The notes: generated from the sequence alone by a model not told the origin. 64,000 bases of DNA from Bdellovibrionales bacterium (GCA_050246815.1 JBFWVI010000006.1:35420-99419), one strand, 5' to 3'. Positions 47,336 to 57,826 are shown, counted from the stretch's first letter. Translations and numbers: made by a program.

Positions 47336-48728
47336 CTTGAACCGCTGTGCCTTGCGGGTCGGACTTTAAGTCCAAATCCCAGCCGTAAAGCCGTACGATT
47401 GAACTGACGATGGCAAGCCCCAACCCCGAACTGGATTGCCGCGACTGATAAGAGTTTATGCCCTTATTGAAGGGCTGGCCCAGGCGCTCCAACACATCCG
47501 CGGCTATCCCTTCACCGTGATCCATCACACGCAGAACTCCCAAATTTAATCCAATGTCGATGGGTTGCCCGGGCGGCGAATACTTCAAGGCATTGGACAC
47601 CAAGTTGCTGATCAGTTGCTCGACGTGCGGTGGAAAGGCAAAGGCGGTGGTGTCGTCAATTACTTGCAGGCGGATACGCCCTGGCGCCAAGCGATCAAAT
47701 TTCTCGCGCACTGAAAAAATCAAATCGCGCAAGCGCACCGCATGGATCTTGGTCTGCACTGTGCTTTGTTCAAGCTCGGCCCAATCCAAAAACTCGGTCA
47801 CAATGGCCGAGGTGGAATCCACCCCCTCTAGTAACCGCCCGGTTTTATCTTTGGTTAGATTCAAGTCCCGCACTAAAATTTCCAGATCTGACCGCAGCAC
47901 AGTCAATGGAGTTTTCATTTCGTGGGCCATACGCATTGCCCACACTTTGATCAGGCGGTAGTTCTGGTTGATTTTTTCAAGCAATCTTTGAATGTTGATC
48001 ACAAGCGCTGAAAACTCGTCGGCCTTGGACCAAAAACCTGAGGCATGCTGAACCATATCCCGCGGTAACCCCTGAACATCGCGCATATTTTTAAGATCAC
48101 GCGTGGCTGCGGCCAAATGGCTATTTAATCGGTTGAAGGGCTGAAGCAAAACCGACGCCAGCAAACCTGAAGTGAACATCGCGATCAAAATCACGACGGC
48201 CACGTAACCGATCACCCGGTCACTGACCGTCGACCATTTGAAAAATTCCGCGTCCACCACCACGCCCACTTGCAGGGTGCGGTCGGGGCGGCTGGGAAGG
48301 TTCAGATTCAAGACGCGAATGAATTGCCCCTTGGTTTCAAGGGTCACCCACTGGGGTTCGCGCGGGATGGGCGTGCTCAGCATTTGCGCAGTTTCACTCG
48401 AAAAAATGATTTGTCCCTGGTTGTTGCGAATAATAAATAGCTTGCCGATCCGGCTGGGCCCCAGCTCTTCGGCGATGATGGCTTCAGCTGAAGTAAAGTT
48501 GATTTTCGCCAAATCAGTTAAGTCCGAGTTGATCAAGACCGAAGCGCTGCCGCGAATCTGATTGTCGATCAAATCCAGGCGCTCTGAACGCAGGTAAGAA
48601 AAATGCACCCATGTGACCAGCGCCGCGGTTAATAAAATCGCGCTCAAAATGATCAAGAAAAATCTAATCTTCAAGCCAGTACCCGACGTTACGCATGTTC
48701 TTGACCTCGATACTGGCCACGGCCTCAC
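47313..48728 (-). CDS. Sensor histidine kinase
   Basis: Two TMs. H-box MAHEMKTPLTVLRSDLEIL. N/G boxes NALKYS, DHGEGI, GLGLAIV. The start is more likely in-frame TTG 48674 (11-nt overlap with the RR stop) than ATG 48728. Confidence 0.85.
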   Translation of the reverse strand: MRPWPVSRSRTCVTSGTGLKIRFFLIILSAILLTAALVTWVHFSYLRSERLDLIDNQIRGSASVLINSDLTDLAKINFTSAEAIIAEELGPSRIGKLFIIRNNQGQIIFSSETAQMLSTPIPREPQWVTLETKGQFIRVLNLNLPSRPDRTLQVGVVVDAEFFKWSTVSDRVIGYVAVVILIAMFTSGLLASVLLQPFNRLNSHLAAATRDLKNMRDVQGLPRDMVQHASGFWSKADEFSALVINIQRLLEKINQNYRLIKVWAMRMAHEMKTPLTVLRSDLEILVRDLNLTKDKTGRLLEGVDSTSAIVTEFLDWAELEQSTVQTKIHAVRLRDLIFSVREKFDRLAPGRIRLQVIDDTTAFAFPPHVEQLISNLVSNALKYSPPGQPIDIGLNLGVLRVMDHGEGIAADVLERLGQPFNKGINSYQSRQSSSGLGLAIVSSIVRLYGWDLDLKSDPQGTAVQVNFHFDA

Positions 48729-49338
48729 GCAGTTTTTTGCGCACTGAATTCACAGTGGCCTCCACCACATTGGATTCAGAATCGGCACTGACCTCCCAAA
48801 CGGATTCCAAAACGGTGGCTTTACTGAACACCCGCCCGGGATGACGCACCAGCAGGCGTAACAACAAAAATTCTTTGTTGGTCAGAACCATTTTTTGACC
48901 GTCCACCAGCAAACAACGATTTTGCTCGTCCAAAGTGACATTGCCCATACGCACATGTGGCGATGTGCGGCGATTGCGGCGATCCAATGAACGGATGCGT
49001 GCCACTAGTTCGGCGAAAGCAAACGGCTTGGCCAGATAATCGTCGGCGCCGCGGTCGATGGCCGAAGCTTTTTCTTGAGGTGAGCCGATCGCCGACAAAA
49101 TCAAAATTCCCATCTCTGGAAACTCGGCTCGAATGTCCTCAATCAAAGGCAAAGAATCCTGTCCAAACAGCAGCCGGTCCAAAACCAATACGCCGGGAAT
49201 CCTGTCCAGCGCGCGCAAACAGGGCAAAACATCCTCGTAACGAGCACAATGATCGAACAAAAAGCCCTCAAGGCGCAGGTGGTCGCCAATGCTTTGCGCG
49301 AGCTTGTTTTCATCTTCGACTAAAAACACAAATGCCAT
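48664..49338 (-). CDS. OmpR/PhoB-family response regulator
   Basis: 224 aa. Receiver domain (VEDE..., LVLDRLL, KPF) plus a winged-helix output domain (LTNKEFLLLRLL, NVGYWLED). Confidence 0.9.
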   Translation of the reverse strand: MAFVFLVEDENKLAQSIGDHLRLEGFLFDHCARYEDVLPCLRALDRIPGVLVLDRLLFGQDSLPLIEDIRAEFPEMGILILSAIGSPQEKASAIDRGADDYLAKPFAFAELVARIRSLDRRNRRTSPHVRMGNVTLDEQNRCLLVDGQKMVLTNKEFLLLRLLVRHPGRVFSKATVLESVWEVSADSESNVVEATVNSVRKKLREAVASIEVKNMRNVGYWLED

Positions 49339-49548
49339 GGCCGGGCATTATTGGTCGAAACCAACGCTTTCGCAACAGCGTGCCATGAGGATAATATTTT
49401 TTTTATTTTCGTCGCCAGCTTCAACACAACCGCCAAGGACCACCGCACCGTCAGAGGTTCAGAAAAACAAATTTGCGTTCACCATGGGTGCTCGTTAACT
49501 TGAGCGTACCTTTCTTGCCGTGAAGTCGATGCCTGACCAGCGGCGGTA

Positions 49549-49576
49549 ACCGACAGCGAAAGCTGTCGGTTTTTTT
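49549..49576 (+). terminator. Rho-independent terminator abutting the annotated dsbD ATG
   Basis: ACCGACAGC-GAAA-GCTGTCGGT (perfect 9-bp stem) followed by TTTTTT. The T-tract ends at 49576. Confidence 0.75.
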
Positions 49577-51202
49577 ATGCCTAACAACCAATCTGCCGAT
49601 AAGAAAAGCATGCGCAACCAGATCCGCCAAATTCTTATTTTCTTATTTGTTTTCAGTGGGTTAGATGCCATGGCAGAGTCCAGCACGCGACCCAAGGTGA
49701 ATCCCAACCCCTGGGTTTTCAACTCGATCAACGCCACCAAACCGGAGTTCAATGGCGATGAGCCGCTGACGTTTAAGCTGATGTGGCAACTGGCCCCCGG
49801 CTATCACGCCTATTTTGAAGAGTTTAAGGTGGCCCCCAAAAATCCGAACGACGCTGTCGTCCGCCTGCAAGACATCCGCAAAGTGGTGGAATTCGACGAC
49901 AAGTTTTCAAAACAACGCCGCCAGGGCGTTGAGGGCGAGGGGGATGCTTATGTGCAAATCGAAGTGCCGCCCATCATGGCAACTGGCGCTTACCAGGGTG
50001 AATTTTTATTCACCTATCAGGCCTGCGCCAGTGATCATTGCTTGCTGCCAAAAACCTTGACCGTGCCCTTCACGGCCCAAGTGCAAGCCATGACCCCCAA
50101 ACTCATGGGACAAAAGTTCAATCCTACAGATTGGCGCATTTGGCTCACTGTTTTTTTGGCCGGCCTGCTGACCAGTTTCACCCCATGCGTGTTCCCGCTG
50201 ATTCCCATTACTTTGGCGATTTTAGGCGCACGCCGCGAGAACGCGAGCCGCTTGAGCGGTTTTGCTCTAAGCTTGTCTTATGTGATCGGCATCGCCTTGA
50301 CCTACGCCATCTTAGGACTAATCGCCGCTTCCACTGGCGCTTTGTTCGGCGGATTTTTAGGTCATCCCTTGGTGGCTATTGCCTTGGCGATCTTATTTAC
50401 CATTTTGGGGTTCAGCTCGCTTGGCTACATCCCTCTTGAAGCCCCGGCCTTTTTGCGTGACCGCTTAAGCCGACAAAAAAGCCAAGGCGGACTTCTGGGT
50501 GCCTTTATCACCGGCATGGCGGCCGGCATTGTGGCAAGCCCCTGCGTTGGCCCCGTCCTGGCCGCCATTTTGACTTATGTGGCCCAAACCCAAAATCTTG
50601 CGCTGGGGTTTGCGCTGCTGTTCGTGTTTGCCTTGGGGCTTGGGCAATTGTTTTTGTGGCTTGGCACTTTTTCGAGCGTGCAAAAACTTTTGCCGCGTTC
50701 GGGCCGCTGGCTGTTGATCAGCAAGTACATTTTTGCGATTAGCTTTTTTGGCTTAGCGCTCTTTTACCTGCAACCTTGGCTGAAAAAAATCCCCGAACTC
50801 TTCCACACCGGGCAAAAACAGACAGTCGAAGCGTCTTACGCCAAATTACCTTGGCAGCCCTACAGCAAAATGATCCGTCAAGTAGCCGCCGAGGCTGGGC
50901 GCCCCGTGGTGATCGATTTTTATGCCGATTGGTGCGTGGCCTGCAAAGAGCTTGAGCACGACACCTTCAGCCAACCCGAAGTACAAGCCTTCAAAGAAGA
51001 TCTGGTTTTTTTAAAGTTCGACGCCACCAAGGAGTCGCCCGAGTTCGCCGAGCTTCGCCGCGAATTTGAAATTGTCGGCTTGCCCCACTTAGTTTTTTTG
51101 GACCACAAAGGGCACTGGCGGCGTGATTTGACTTTGACCGGCTTTGAAAAGTCCCCAGAATTCGCCGCCCGGCTGCAAAAGCTCTTAAGACCAAAGAAGT
51201 GA
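49577..51202 (+). CDS. dsbD: Thiol:disulfide interchange protein DsbD
   Basis: N-terminal domain with YQACASDHC. TM core FTPCVFPLIP and ASPCVGPVL. C-terminal thioredoxin fold DFYADWCVACKE. The real start is probably ATG 49610 (MRNQIRQILIFLFVFSGLDAMA), because 49577 has no room for an RBS after the terminator. Confidence 0.9.
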   Translation: MPNNQSADKKSMRNQIRQILIFLFVFSGLDAMAESSTRPKVNPNPWVFNSINATKPEFNGDEPLTFKLMWQLAPGYHAYFEEFKVAPKNPNDAVVRLQDIRKVVEFDDKFSKQRRQGVEGEGDAYVQIEVPPIMATGAYQGEFLFTYQACASDHCLLPKTLTVPFTAQVQAMTPKLMGQKFNPTDWRIWLTVFLAGLLTSFTPCVFPLIPITLAILGARRENASRLSGFALSLSYVIGIALTYAILGLIAASTGALFGGFLGHPLVAIALAILFTILGFSSLGYIPLEAPAFLRDRLSRQKSQGGLLGAFITGMAAGIVASPCVGPVLAAILTYVAQTQNLALGFALLFVFALGLGQLFLWLGTFSSVQKLLPRSGRWLLISKYIFAISFFGLALFYLQPWLKKIPELFHTGQKQTVEASYAKLPWQPYSKMIRQVAAEAGRPVVIDFYADWCVACKELEHDTFSQPEVQAFKEDLVFLKFDATKESPEFAELRREFEIVGLPHLVFLDHKGHWRRDLTLTGFEKSPEFAARLQKLLRPKK

Positions 51203-51218
51203 CAAAAAACCTTGGTCG

Positions 51219-51773
51219 TTACAAACGCTTCATCCGCGCGATTTCGCGCTGAGCCTCTTTCAGTTCGGTGCGTGAGCCCATCAGCTGCATTTCTTGCTCA
51301 GAGATCAATTTTTGCATCTGTCCCAAGCGAAGCTCGAAACTTTGCACCAACTGGTTATGGCGATCGACCAATTCTTGAATTTTCGCGTCGCCCACTTTTC
51401 GCTCGTTCACCTTGCTGATCAATTGGGACTGTTTGCCATTCAAATCTTGTAAACCGGCCTTCACCATCTCATCCAGGCGCTGCGTGACGCCGTTCAAACG
51501 TTCAAATTTCAACTTCGTGGCATTGGCAAATTCATTTAAGCGAGAGCTGGTCAGCTCCAAACGGGCTTCAAACTCTTTGAATTTACGGCGCATAAAATCC
51601 ACTTGGGTGACCAGTAGTCGCCATTCTTCATCGCGACCTGTCATGGCGGCGGAGCCGCCCAAACGCGGCTCTGGGCCTGCTTGAGTGGTTCTGGGTAAAT
51701 CAGGAAATAATTCAGGATTTAATTCACGGCTCATTTTCCCCTCCCGCATTATTCGCTGGACGCGCGGCTTCAT
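51219..51773 (-). CDS. Coiled-coil protein, unknown function
   Basis: 184 aa. Sequence is heptad-like and rich in E/K/R/L/Q from about residue 50 (FMRRKFKEFEARLELTSSRLNEF...). No family recognised. Confidence 0.6.
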   Translation of the reverse strand: MKPRVQRIMREGKMSRELNPELFPDLPRTTQAGPEPRLGGSAAMTGRDEEWRLLVTQVDFMRRKFKEFEARLELTSSRLNEFANATKLKFERLNGVTQRLDEMVKAGLQDLNGKQSQLISKVNERKVGDAKIQELVDRHNQLVQSFELRLGQMQKLISEQEMQLMGSRTELKEAQREIARMKRL

Positions 51774-51792
51774 CTGAATCTATCGTTTAAAT

Positions 51793-52770
51793 ATGAGTTC
51801 TGTCACTCACTTAACGCAGCATTTGCTAAAACTTGATCCGGGCAAAAACGTCGCTCGGCAAACGCTGTTCAATTATTTAAAAGTTTTTGTCAGCAGTGGC
51901 GCGCAACTGAACGCCGAGATTTTAAATCAATTCTTCGCCTATGTTTTGAATTATCAATACTGGCAAGCCAATACCAAAAATTTGGGCCAAAGCGTTCAGG
52001 CCGATCTAGAAACCTTCGCGCAAAGTTTTCGCTTGGATTTTGAAATGTCTCAAGTTCACTTTCCGCACCTCACCCAGTTGGTGATTTTAGAACAGACGCG
52101 TGACGTTGAACAGTTGATCAACACCCTTGAGCGCTCACGCCGCGAAGATGGCGATCGTGGCAAACTTATGGCGATATCTGATCAGCAAATGCTTGCGGCC
52201 ACCTTGAAATCCAATGGGGCCTTGATTGTGCGGGTTTATGGGCGCGCAGCCCAGATCGTGGGTGGCGCCTTGCAGTTGATTCGCCCTTTGACTGAACTGC
52301 AGTACACTTCACAACTTGAATTGGATAAACAAGTGGTGCAGCTTTTGGAAGGCCCCATGGTCACTGCGGCCCGCTTCAACCTGAACGATGACGGCTGCCA
52401 AGGGGTGATGGTGCGCGGGCATATGCTTCAACGCTACGAAACCCTGTCGGCCGGGGGACTCGCCCAGCATGCCGAACTGTTTTACGGATTAAAGCGCATC
52501 GAGCGATTTTTCATCAACCCGACCTCGGACCCCTATCACCGTGAATTGGTGGGGGGCCTGGAGCGTGCGTACCAGCTGTTGCAAAATGGCCATCCCGACG
52601 GCAAACGCATGGCCAACGGCGCTTTGCAAAGGGGCAAGGCCGCACTGAAACACATCTTTCCCAATGACAAACTGCTCATGGTTCTGGTAACCAATATCGA
52701 ATTCGCGCTTATTTCACCACAACCCTCAGCGCCACAACCAGAACCATGGGAACGCCAATTAAAACCTTAA
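51793..52770 (+). CDS. Hypothetical cytoplasmic protein
   Basis: 325 aa ORF with no signal peptide. 25-nt overlap with rluB. No family recognised. Confidence 0.55.
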   Translation: MSSVTHLTQHLLKLDPGKNVARQTLFNYLKVFVSSGAQLNAEILNQFFAYVLNYQYWQANTKNLGQSVQADLETFAQSFRLDFEMSQVHFPHLTQLVILEQTRDVEQLINTLERSRREDGDRGKLMAISDQQMLAATLKSNGALIVRVYGRAAQIVGGALQLIRPLTELQYTSQLELDKQVVQLLEGPMVTAARFNLNDDGCQGVMVRGHMLQRYETLSAGGLAQHAELFYGLKRIERFFINPTSDPYHRELVGGLERAYQLLQNGHPDGKRMANGALQRGKAALKHIFPNDKLLMVLVTNIEFALISPQPSAPQPEPWERQLKP

Positions 52771-53666
52771 CTCGCCTGAATAAATTCTTAGCCGATAGCG
52801 GTATCACCAGCCGCCGTAAAGCCGACACTTTGATTGAAGAGGGCGCGGTGCAGGTCAATGGCAAAACCGTGTACGAATTGGGCGTCAAGGTCACCCCTGG
52901 CGTGGACCGGGTCACGGTCAATGGCAAACCGATCAAAGTGGTTGAGCAACGGATTTACCTGGCTTTTTATAAGCCCGAAAACGTTTTGACTTCGATGTCC
53001 GACCCCGAAGGCCGCATGACGGTCGCTGATTTTGTACAAAAACTGCCGATGCGGGTGTTTCCGGTGGGGCGTTTGGATTGGGACACCGAAGGGCTTTTGC
53101 TTTTGACCAATGACGGTGATTTTGCCCAGCAGATCTCACACCCAAAAGCGGCAATTCCCAAAACCTATTACGCTAAATTAAACGCCGAGCCCACTCAAGA
53201 AAAGCTCTCAAAGCTTCTGCGCGGAGTGACCATCCCCGGCGGCAAGGCCTCGGCCCTGCACGTCGAAAAAATCAAGCTGGGCACATCTGAAAAGTACGCT
53301 TGGGTGAAGATTGTCATCACCGAAGGCCGCAACCGCCAAGTGCGCAAAATGTTCGAAAAAATCGGCTTTGACGTCAAGAAACTCAAGCGCGTGGCCATCG
53401 GCCGCTTAGAGCTTGGCCCGCTGACTAAAGGACAATTTGTCTTTTTGGGCCCCAAAGGAGTCAAAGAAGCCCTTTCACCCACCTGGCCACAAAAACGCAG
53501 TGAACGCGAAGCCCGTCGTGCCGCCAATGACCAAGCCGCCGCCCCAGGCACCCCAGCTCCGCGCACTCGTCGTCCCTTTGACCGTGAAAATACCGGCGGC
53601 AAACGCGGTCCCCGCCCGCCGTCACGCCCCGCCAAACACATCGGCAAACGGCAGTATTCGCGCTAG
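52746..53666 (+). CDS. rluB: 23S rRNA pseudouridine synthase, RluB/RsuA family
   Basis: S4 domain RLNKFLADSGITSRRKAD. Catalytic VGRLDWDTEGLLLLTNDG. Arg/Pro-rich C-terminal tail. Confidence 0.85.
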   Translation: MGTPIKTLTRLNKFLADSGITSRRKADTLIEEGAVQVNGKTVYELGVKVTPGVDRVTVNGKPIKVVEQRIYLAFYKPENVLTSMSDPEGRMTVADFVQKLPMRVFPVGRLDWDTEGLLLLTNDGDFAQQISHPKAAIPKTYYAKLNAEPTQEKLSKLLRGVTIPGGKASALHVEKIKLGTSEKYAWVKIVITEGRNRQVRKMFEKIGFDVKKLKRVAIGRLELGPLTKGQFVFLGPKGVKEALSPTWPQKRSEREARRAANDQAAAPGTPAPRTRRPFDRENTGGKRGPRPPSRPAKHIGKRQYSR

Positions 53667-53818
53667 TTCTTGATGCCTCGCCCTTTGTGTGACTTTATGT
53701 CGAATAGATCGGCGTCAACATCTTCGACAGTTCGGCTTGTTTCATATTAGGACAGAACCTTACAAATCAGGGCCTATCTTTTGATGCCCATGCTTTTCCC
53801 TAAAAATTAAGGCCTGTT

Positions 53819-53843
53819 CACGAGTAACATATAACTACTCGTG
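53819..53843. promoter_or_regulatory. 8-bp perfect inverted repeat upstream of the secreted-protein gene run (candidate operator)
   Basis: CACGAGTA-N9-TACTCGTG. Ends 21 nt before ATG 53865. Confidence 0.4.
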
Positions 53844-53864
53844 TGATTATTCTGGGGAAATACG

Positions 53865-55061
53865 ATGAGATCGAAATCCTATTTATCGTGGTTTGGCGTT
53901 CTTCAATTTGTGTTGGTCATCACAATTCTGACTCTCAGTCACATGGCGTGGGCGATCACCGTTAAGTCCCAACCAACTCAAATCAAGGTCGCGGCCCCAA
54001 CACCACCAGGCACTGTTCCGACCTGGCGCGAAGGACTTGCCATCGGCCAGTGGAAGGAAATCACCGGCTCGAATATGTCGGCCCTGATCCCCACGGTTTC
54101 GGCGCCCGGCAATGGGCGAAATACAATTATTGAAGCGTGGAACTCTTTGGCCATCGACCCTCGCGACTCGACCATATACTCTGTGGCGAATGGTGGCCAC
54201 TTTGATTGGGCCGGCAATGAAGTCAATGCCATCAAAATGACCGACAATTCACCCAAATGGTTTGAAAAGAAACCCTCAACACCAGTAAATCAAATCGTCG
54301 AGTCCAGGTCCCACTACTTGGATGGTGCACCAACTTCCCGGCATTCATATTACGGCATGGTTTTTAACAAATCCCGGAATCGGGTTATGCTTTTAACCGG
54401 TTATTGGTGGGCATCAGCGACCAGCATGACCCCAGCGATGGACGGGTACAATATCCTCAGCAACACTTATGACCCTAAGGACACTTTCCCCAATGTGCCG
54501 GGCGCAGTCCAAGGTAGCCCCGGAGCTGCAATTATTGAAGATACGGCCACTGACAATATTTACTCTGTCGCAAATTATGGTGTTTACCGCTGGAACAATG
54601 GCACCAACACCTGGTCAACACTCCTGAGCAACACTCCAGTTTATGGGTATTCTGCAACGGGAGCCTTCGATACCCAGCGAAATCGTTTCTTAGTTTGTGG
54701 CGGCGATCGGGCTGCGGGGACGGCCGTTTGCTATCTCTATGATGTTGCGAAAAACACGCTGACTGCCGCTCAAATTATTGGTTTGGCGGACTCAAATTTA
54801 GACGGTCAAGGTGGCCACGGAATGATTTACTCTGCCGAAGCTGACGCTTATTTTTTCAGACGATCCGGAACTTCTGGAAATGCCGTTTTGAAAGTGGCCG
54901 CGGGCACGTTAACCCTTTCGCAGATGAATGTGCAAGGGGGCGCGACTGCGCAAGCACCCATCAACGGGCTTTGGAAACGCTGGTTGTATGCCCCCCAACT
55001 GGGTGGGGCCTTTTATTTACCGACCTACGGCAGCAATATTTGGTTTGTTCGACTTTTTTGA
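53865..55061 (+). CDS. Secreted protein, Kelch/beta-propeller-like repeats
   Basis: 398 aa with an N-terminal signal/TM. Recurrent blade-like motifs: NGGHFDW, SRHSYYGMVF, VYRWNNGTNTWSTL, RFLVCGG, GGHGMIYS. Confidence 0.6.
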   Translation: MRSKSYLSWFGVLQFVLVITILTLSHMAWAITVKSQPTQIKVAAPTPPGTVPTWREGLAIGQWKEITGSNMSALIPTVSAPGNGRNTIIEAWNSLAIDPRDSTIYSVANGGHFDWAGNEVNAIKMTDNSPKWFEKKPSTPVNQIVESRSHYLDGAPTSRHSYYGMVFNKSRNRVMLLTGYWWASATSMTPAMDGYNILSNTYDPKDTFPNVPGAVQGSPGAAIIEDTATDNIYSVANYGVYRWNNGTNTWSTLLSNTPVYGYSATGAFDTQRNRFLVCGGDRAAGTAVCYLYDVAKNTLTAAQIIGLADSNLDGQGGHGMIYSAEADAYFFRRSGTSGNAVLKVAAGTLTLSQMNVQGGATAQAPINGLWKRWLYAPQLGGAFYLPTYGSNIWFVRLF

Positions 55062-55087
55062 GATTCGTATCTCACGGAGAGTTACAG

Positions 55088-57235
55088 ATGCGGATTTATA
55101 AATATGCTTTATTAAGTTTAATTTTTTCTCTACCAGCTACGACCGCCGCGAGGACGATCAAAGCTACGACCAGGATTACCATTGTTGCGGCACAACCACC
55201 GGGCGTGCCCGTAGGCAACTTGGTGACAAGCGTCCAATTGCTATCAAACACGGCCAAATCATCGGCTCCCTTCACCACTGGACATGGCTTCAGGCCAGGC
55301 GACATTCCGACCGGCTACCAAGTCGTCACAAATTCTGCCGGAATTATTCAATTTCAAAGTCTCGTCAAAAACCGCTGGCCTGACGGTAGCGTGAAGTTTG
55401 CCATCCTTTCAGGGTTGGCAAACTTGGCCGCAGGTTCACCTTTAAAAGTTGATCTGTTTGCCGGCACCCCCGGTGTCCAGGCTGCGCCTCTCGCAGAGTC
55501 CAAGTTGCAAGAACTCGCCCCCCAAGCATCTATAGTCTACGAAGGACAAAGTGTTTTGTTGGCGGACCTGATAGGTAAAATCAGCAGCTTCGATACCGCT
55601 AAAAATCATTTCTCTGCGGGGATTTCGCAACAATGGATTTCGGGCCCGGTGATGTCATCTTGGATCTACTCAAGTGGAATCGGCACGGACGCCCACTTGC
55701 GCGCATGGTTCGAAGTGCGACTTTATGCAAACAACCAAATTGAAATACTGCCGTGGGTTGAAAATGGTTACCTGATGAAATCGGGCGCGACAACAAAAGC
55801 CGGCGTCTATCAATTTGCAATGGGTGGCACAAGCCGATTCAGCGCAAATATCACTCTGGCGCATCACACCCGCACGCCACTTGTCAGCGGGAGCACAAAA
55901 TCTCATTGGACGGGAACCGACCCTGGAATCGAATTAAAAATTGATACTGTTTATCTGCAAAATTCATCTTTGGTTCCAACTTACCGCTCAGAGGTTGGCG
56001 TGAGCAATGCGACCTTAGAAGGTTACACCAAGTCTTACACGCCCAATGCTGTGCACGACCATTCGCCGGATATGGGCTCGCCGGGCTTTGATCAATCCAT
56101 TGGCCTTCTTCCCGCATGGGATGCGGCCTATTTGATGTCAAAGGGAGACAAAAGAGCCTTGAACAGCGTTCTCATTAACGCCTTCGCCAATGGCCGCTAT
56201 GGCCTTTATTACCGTGACGAAAAAACCAACCGGCCACTTAAATTTTCAAATTATCCCAATCTTGTTATTCAAGAAACCAACTCAGGAATTAAGTCCGTCG
56301 GGACAAGCTCCATTGGGCAATTTACGCCAAGCACCTCGGGCACAAGTCCGGCTGGCTACGCCAACTCACACCATCACTCAATGGGTTATTTGGCTTATTT
56401 AATCACAGGCCAGTTTTTTTTCATTGAGCAGACTCAATTTCTCGCAACAATCAACTATCTTAAGAACAGCGACACCATACGTGGACTGAGCAAAGGAATC
56501 CTCATCACAAACACGGGTGCCAATTTGCCCAGGGGCGCCGCTTGGTCCATAAGATCTTTAGCCCAAGCGGCATCCATGACCGCCGATGATGACCCTTATC
56601 GCGCAGAGCTGCTCAGTTCGGTCCGTGAAAACGCCATTTACTACCATACAAAGTACGTTGCCCAAGCCAACTGCCCGCAAGGCTTTGCCGAGCCCTACGA
56701 AGACTACGTCAGTGGTGATGGAATTTGGACGTTGCCAATATGGATGGATGATTTTTTCACTGCGGCCTTTGGATACATGATCGACATTCAAGTTGTGCCC
56801 AGCGACTCTAAGGCAAAAGCCCTTGAATTTTTTAATTGGAAAGCCAAGGCAATCATTGGACGCTTGGGCCCCAGTGGTCAGGCCGGCAGTTTTGACTTCC
56901 GCTACGCCGCCCAATACACCCTGCCTGGAGCATTGAAAGACGCCTCCAACGGAACAAGCCCGTGGTCGCAAAATGGTCCTTGGTACGCGGACTGGGGCGC
57001 TCTATTCAGAGCTACGGTTGCCGCACCAACGGCGTTCGATAATCGACTGACTGGCGGCTACTTCCCCGATCCCAATGGCTATTGGGGAAATTTAATGCCC
57101 GCTATTTCTTATGCCGTGACCTTAAAAACTCCAGGCGCAGCTGAGGCTTTTGCTCGATTGACGGGCGCCGCAAACTGGTCCGAGTTCCCAGCGCTGTGCC
57201 CCAATTCGCCAGTGTGGTGCTTGAAACCTCGGTAG
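55088..57235 (+). CDS. Large secreted protein, unknown family
   Basis: ATG 55088 after GGAG gives MRIYKYALLSLIFSLPATTAA (signal peptide). 715 aa. Family not recognised (ORF track start 54971). Confidence 0.65.
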   Translation: MRIYKYALLSLIFSLPATTAARTIKATTRITIVAAQPPGVPVGNLVTSVQLLSNTAKSSAPFTTGHGFRPGDIPTGYQVVTNSAGIIQFQSLVKNRWPDGSVKFAILSGLANLAAGSPLKVDLFAGTPGVQAAPLAESKLQELAPQASIVYEGQSVLLADLIGKISSFDTAKNHFSAGISQQWISGPVMSSWIYSSGIGTDAHLRAWFEVRLYANNQIEILPWVENGYLMKSGATTKAGVYQFAMGGTSRFSANITLAHHTRTPLVSGSTKSHWTGTDPGIELKIDTVYLQNSSLVPTYRSEVGVSNATLEGYTKSYTPNAVHDHSPDMGSPGFDQSIGLLPAWDAAYLMSKGDKRALNSVLINAFANGRYGLYYRDEKTNRPLKFSNYPNLVIQETNSGIKSVGTSSIGQFTPSTSGTSPAGYANSHHHSMGYLAYLITGQFFFIEQTQFLATINYLKNSDTIRGLSKGILITNTGANLPRGAAWSIRSLAQAASMTADDDPYRAELLSSVRENAIYYHTKYVAQANCPQGFAEPYEDYVSGDGIWTLPIWMDDFFTAAFGYMIDIQVVPSDSKAKALEFFNWKAKAIIGRLGPSGQAGSFDFRYAAQYTLPGALKDASNGTSPWSQNGPWYADWGALFRATVAAPTAFDNRLTGGYFPDPNGYWGNLMPAISYAVTLKTPGAAEAFARLTGAANWSEFPALCPNSPVWCLKPR

Positions 57236-57452
57236 AGAAAAATTATCTATCCGCAGCTTTGTCAACGTGCTCGACTCGGCCCTCGTCCTGCGCAGCTCCA
57301 ACTAAAACAACTCTTATACCGGCTCCAACCAACCCTTATGAAATTTCGACTTTTTGGGCAAAAATCCTGTTTTATTTTCAGAAACACCCCTCACTCCTAC
57401 GCAATCGACGGGCGCCTTGACTACGATGCCCCTCATACCAAGCGAGGGTCTT

Positions 57453-57824
57453 ATGAAAACTTTGATGGTGATCGCAATTGGATTAATGGGAACGGCTGCT
57501 TTGGCCGAAAGCGGCCTTTGCAAGGGCTCATCAGAAGACCAAGAGATCGAAATCACCTTCCATGACGCCGAGGTCCCTCAAGGAGCCTTGCCCTTGAGCA
57601 ATTATTCGATTCGTGTCACCGACAAGACCAGCGGTGAATTGATTGGCGGCAGCACTTTTCAAAATTCGCCTTTAGTTTATGGCCGGGGCATCACCGGCGT
57701 CACCCGCACCGAGACATTTGAAACGGCCAAGATCATCTTTGACGGTGCACGTGGCGTTGCCATGTACACCTTGACGATGGATCAACAACCACGCCAGATC
57801 CCGCTGGACTGCCAAGGACAGTAG
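57453..57824 (+). CDS. Small secreted protein
   Basis: ATG 57453 after GAGGG gives MKTLMVIAIGLMGTAALA. 123 aa (ORF track start 57354). Confidence 0.55.
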   Translation: MKTLMVIAIGLMGTAALAESGLCKGSSEDQEIEITFHDAEVPQGALPLSNYSIRVTDKTSGELIGGSTFQNSPLVYGRGITGVTRTETFETAKIIFDGARGVAMYTLTMDQQPRQIPLDCQGQ

Positions 57825-57826
57825 TT

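Noticed and set aside
48664-48728. Apparent 65-nt overlap between the response-regulator and histidine-kinase genes
   Set aside because: This is most likely a start-codon artefact. An in-frame TTG at 48674 gives a normal 11-nt overlap and an N-terminus (LKIRFFLIILSAILL...) that begins at the first TM helix.
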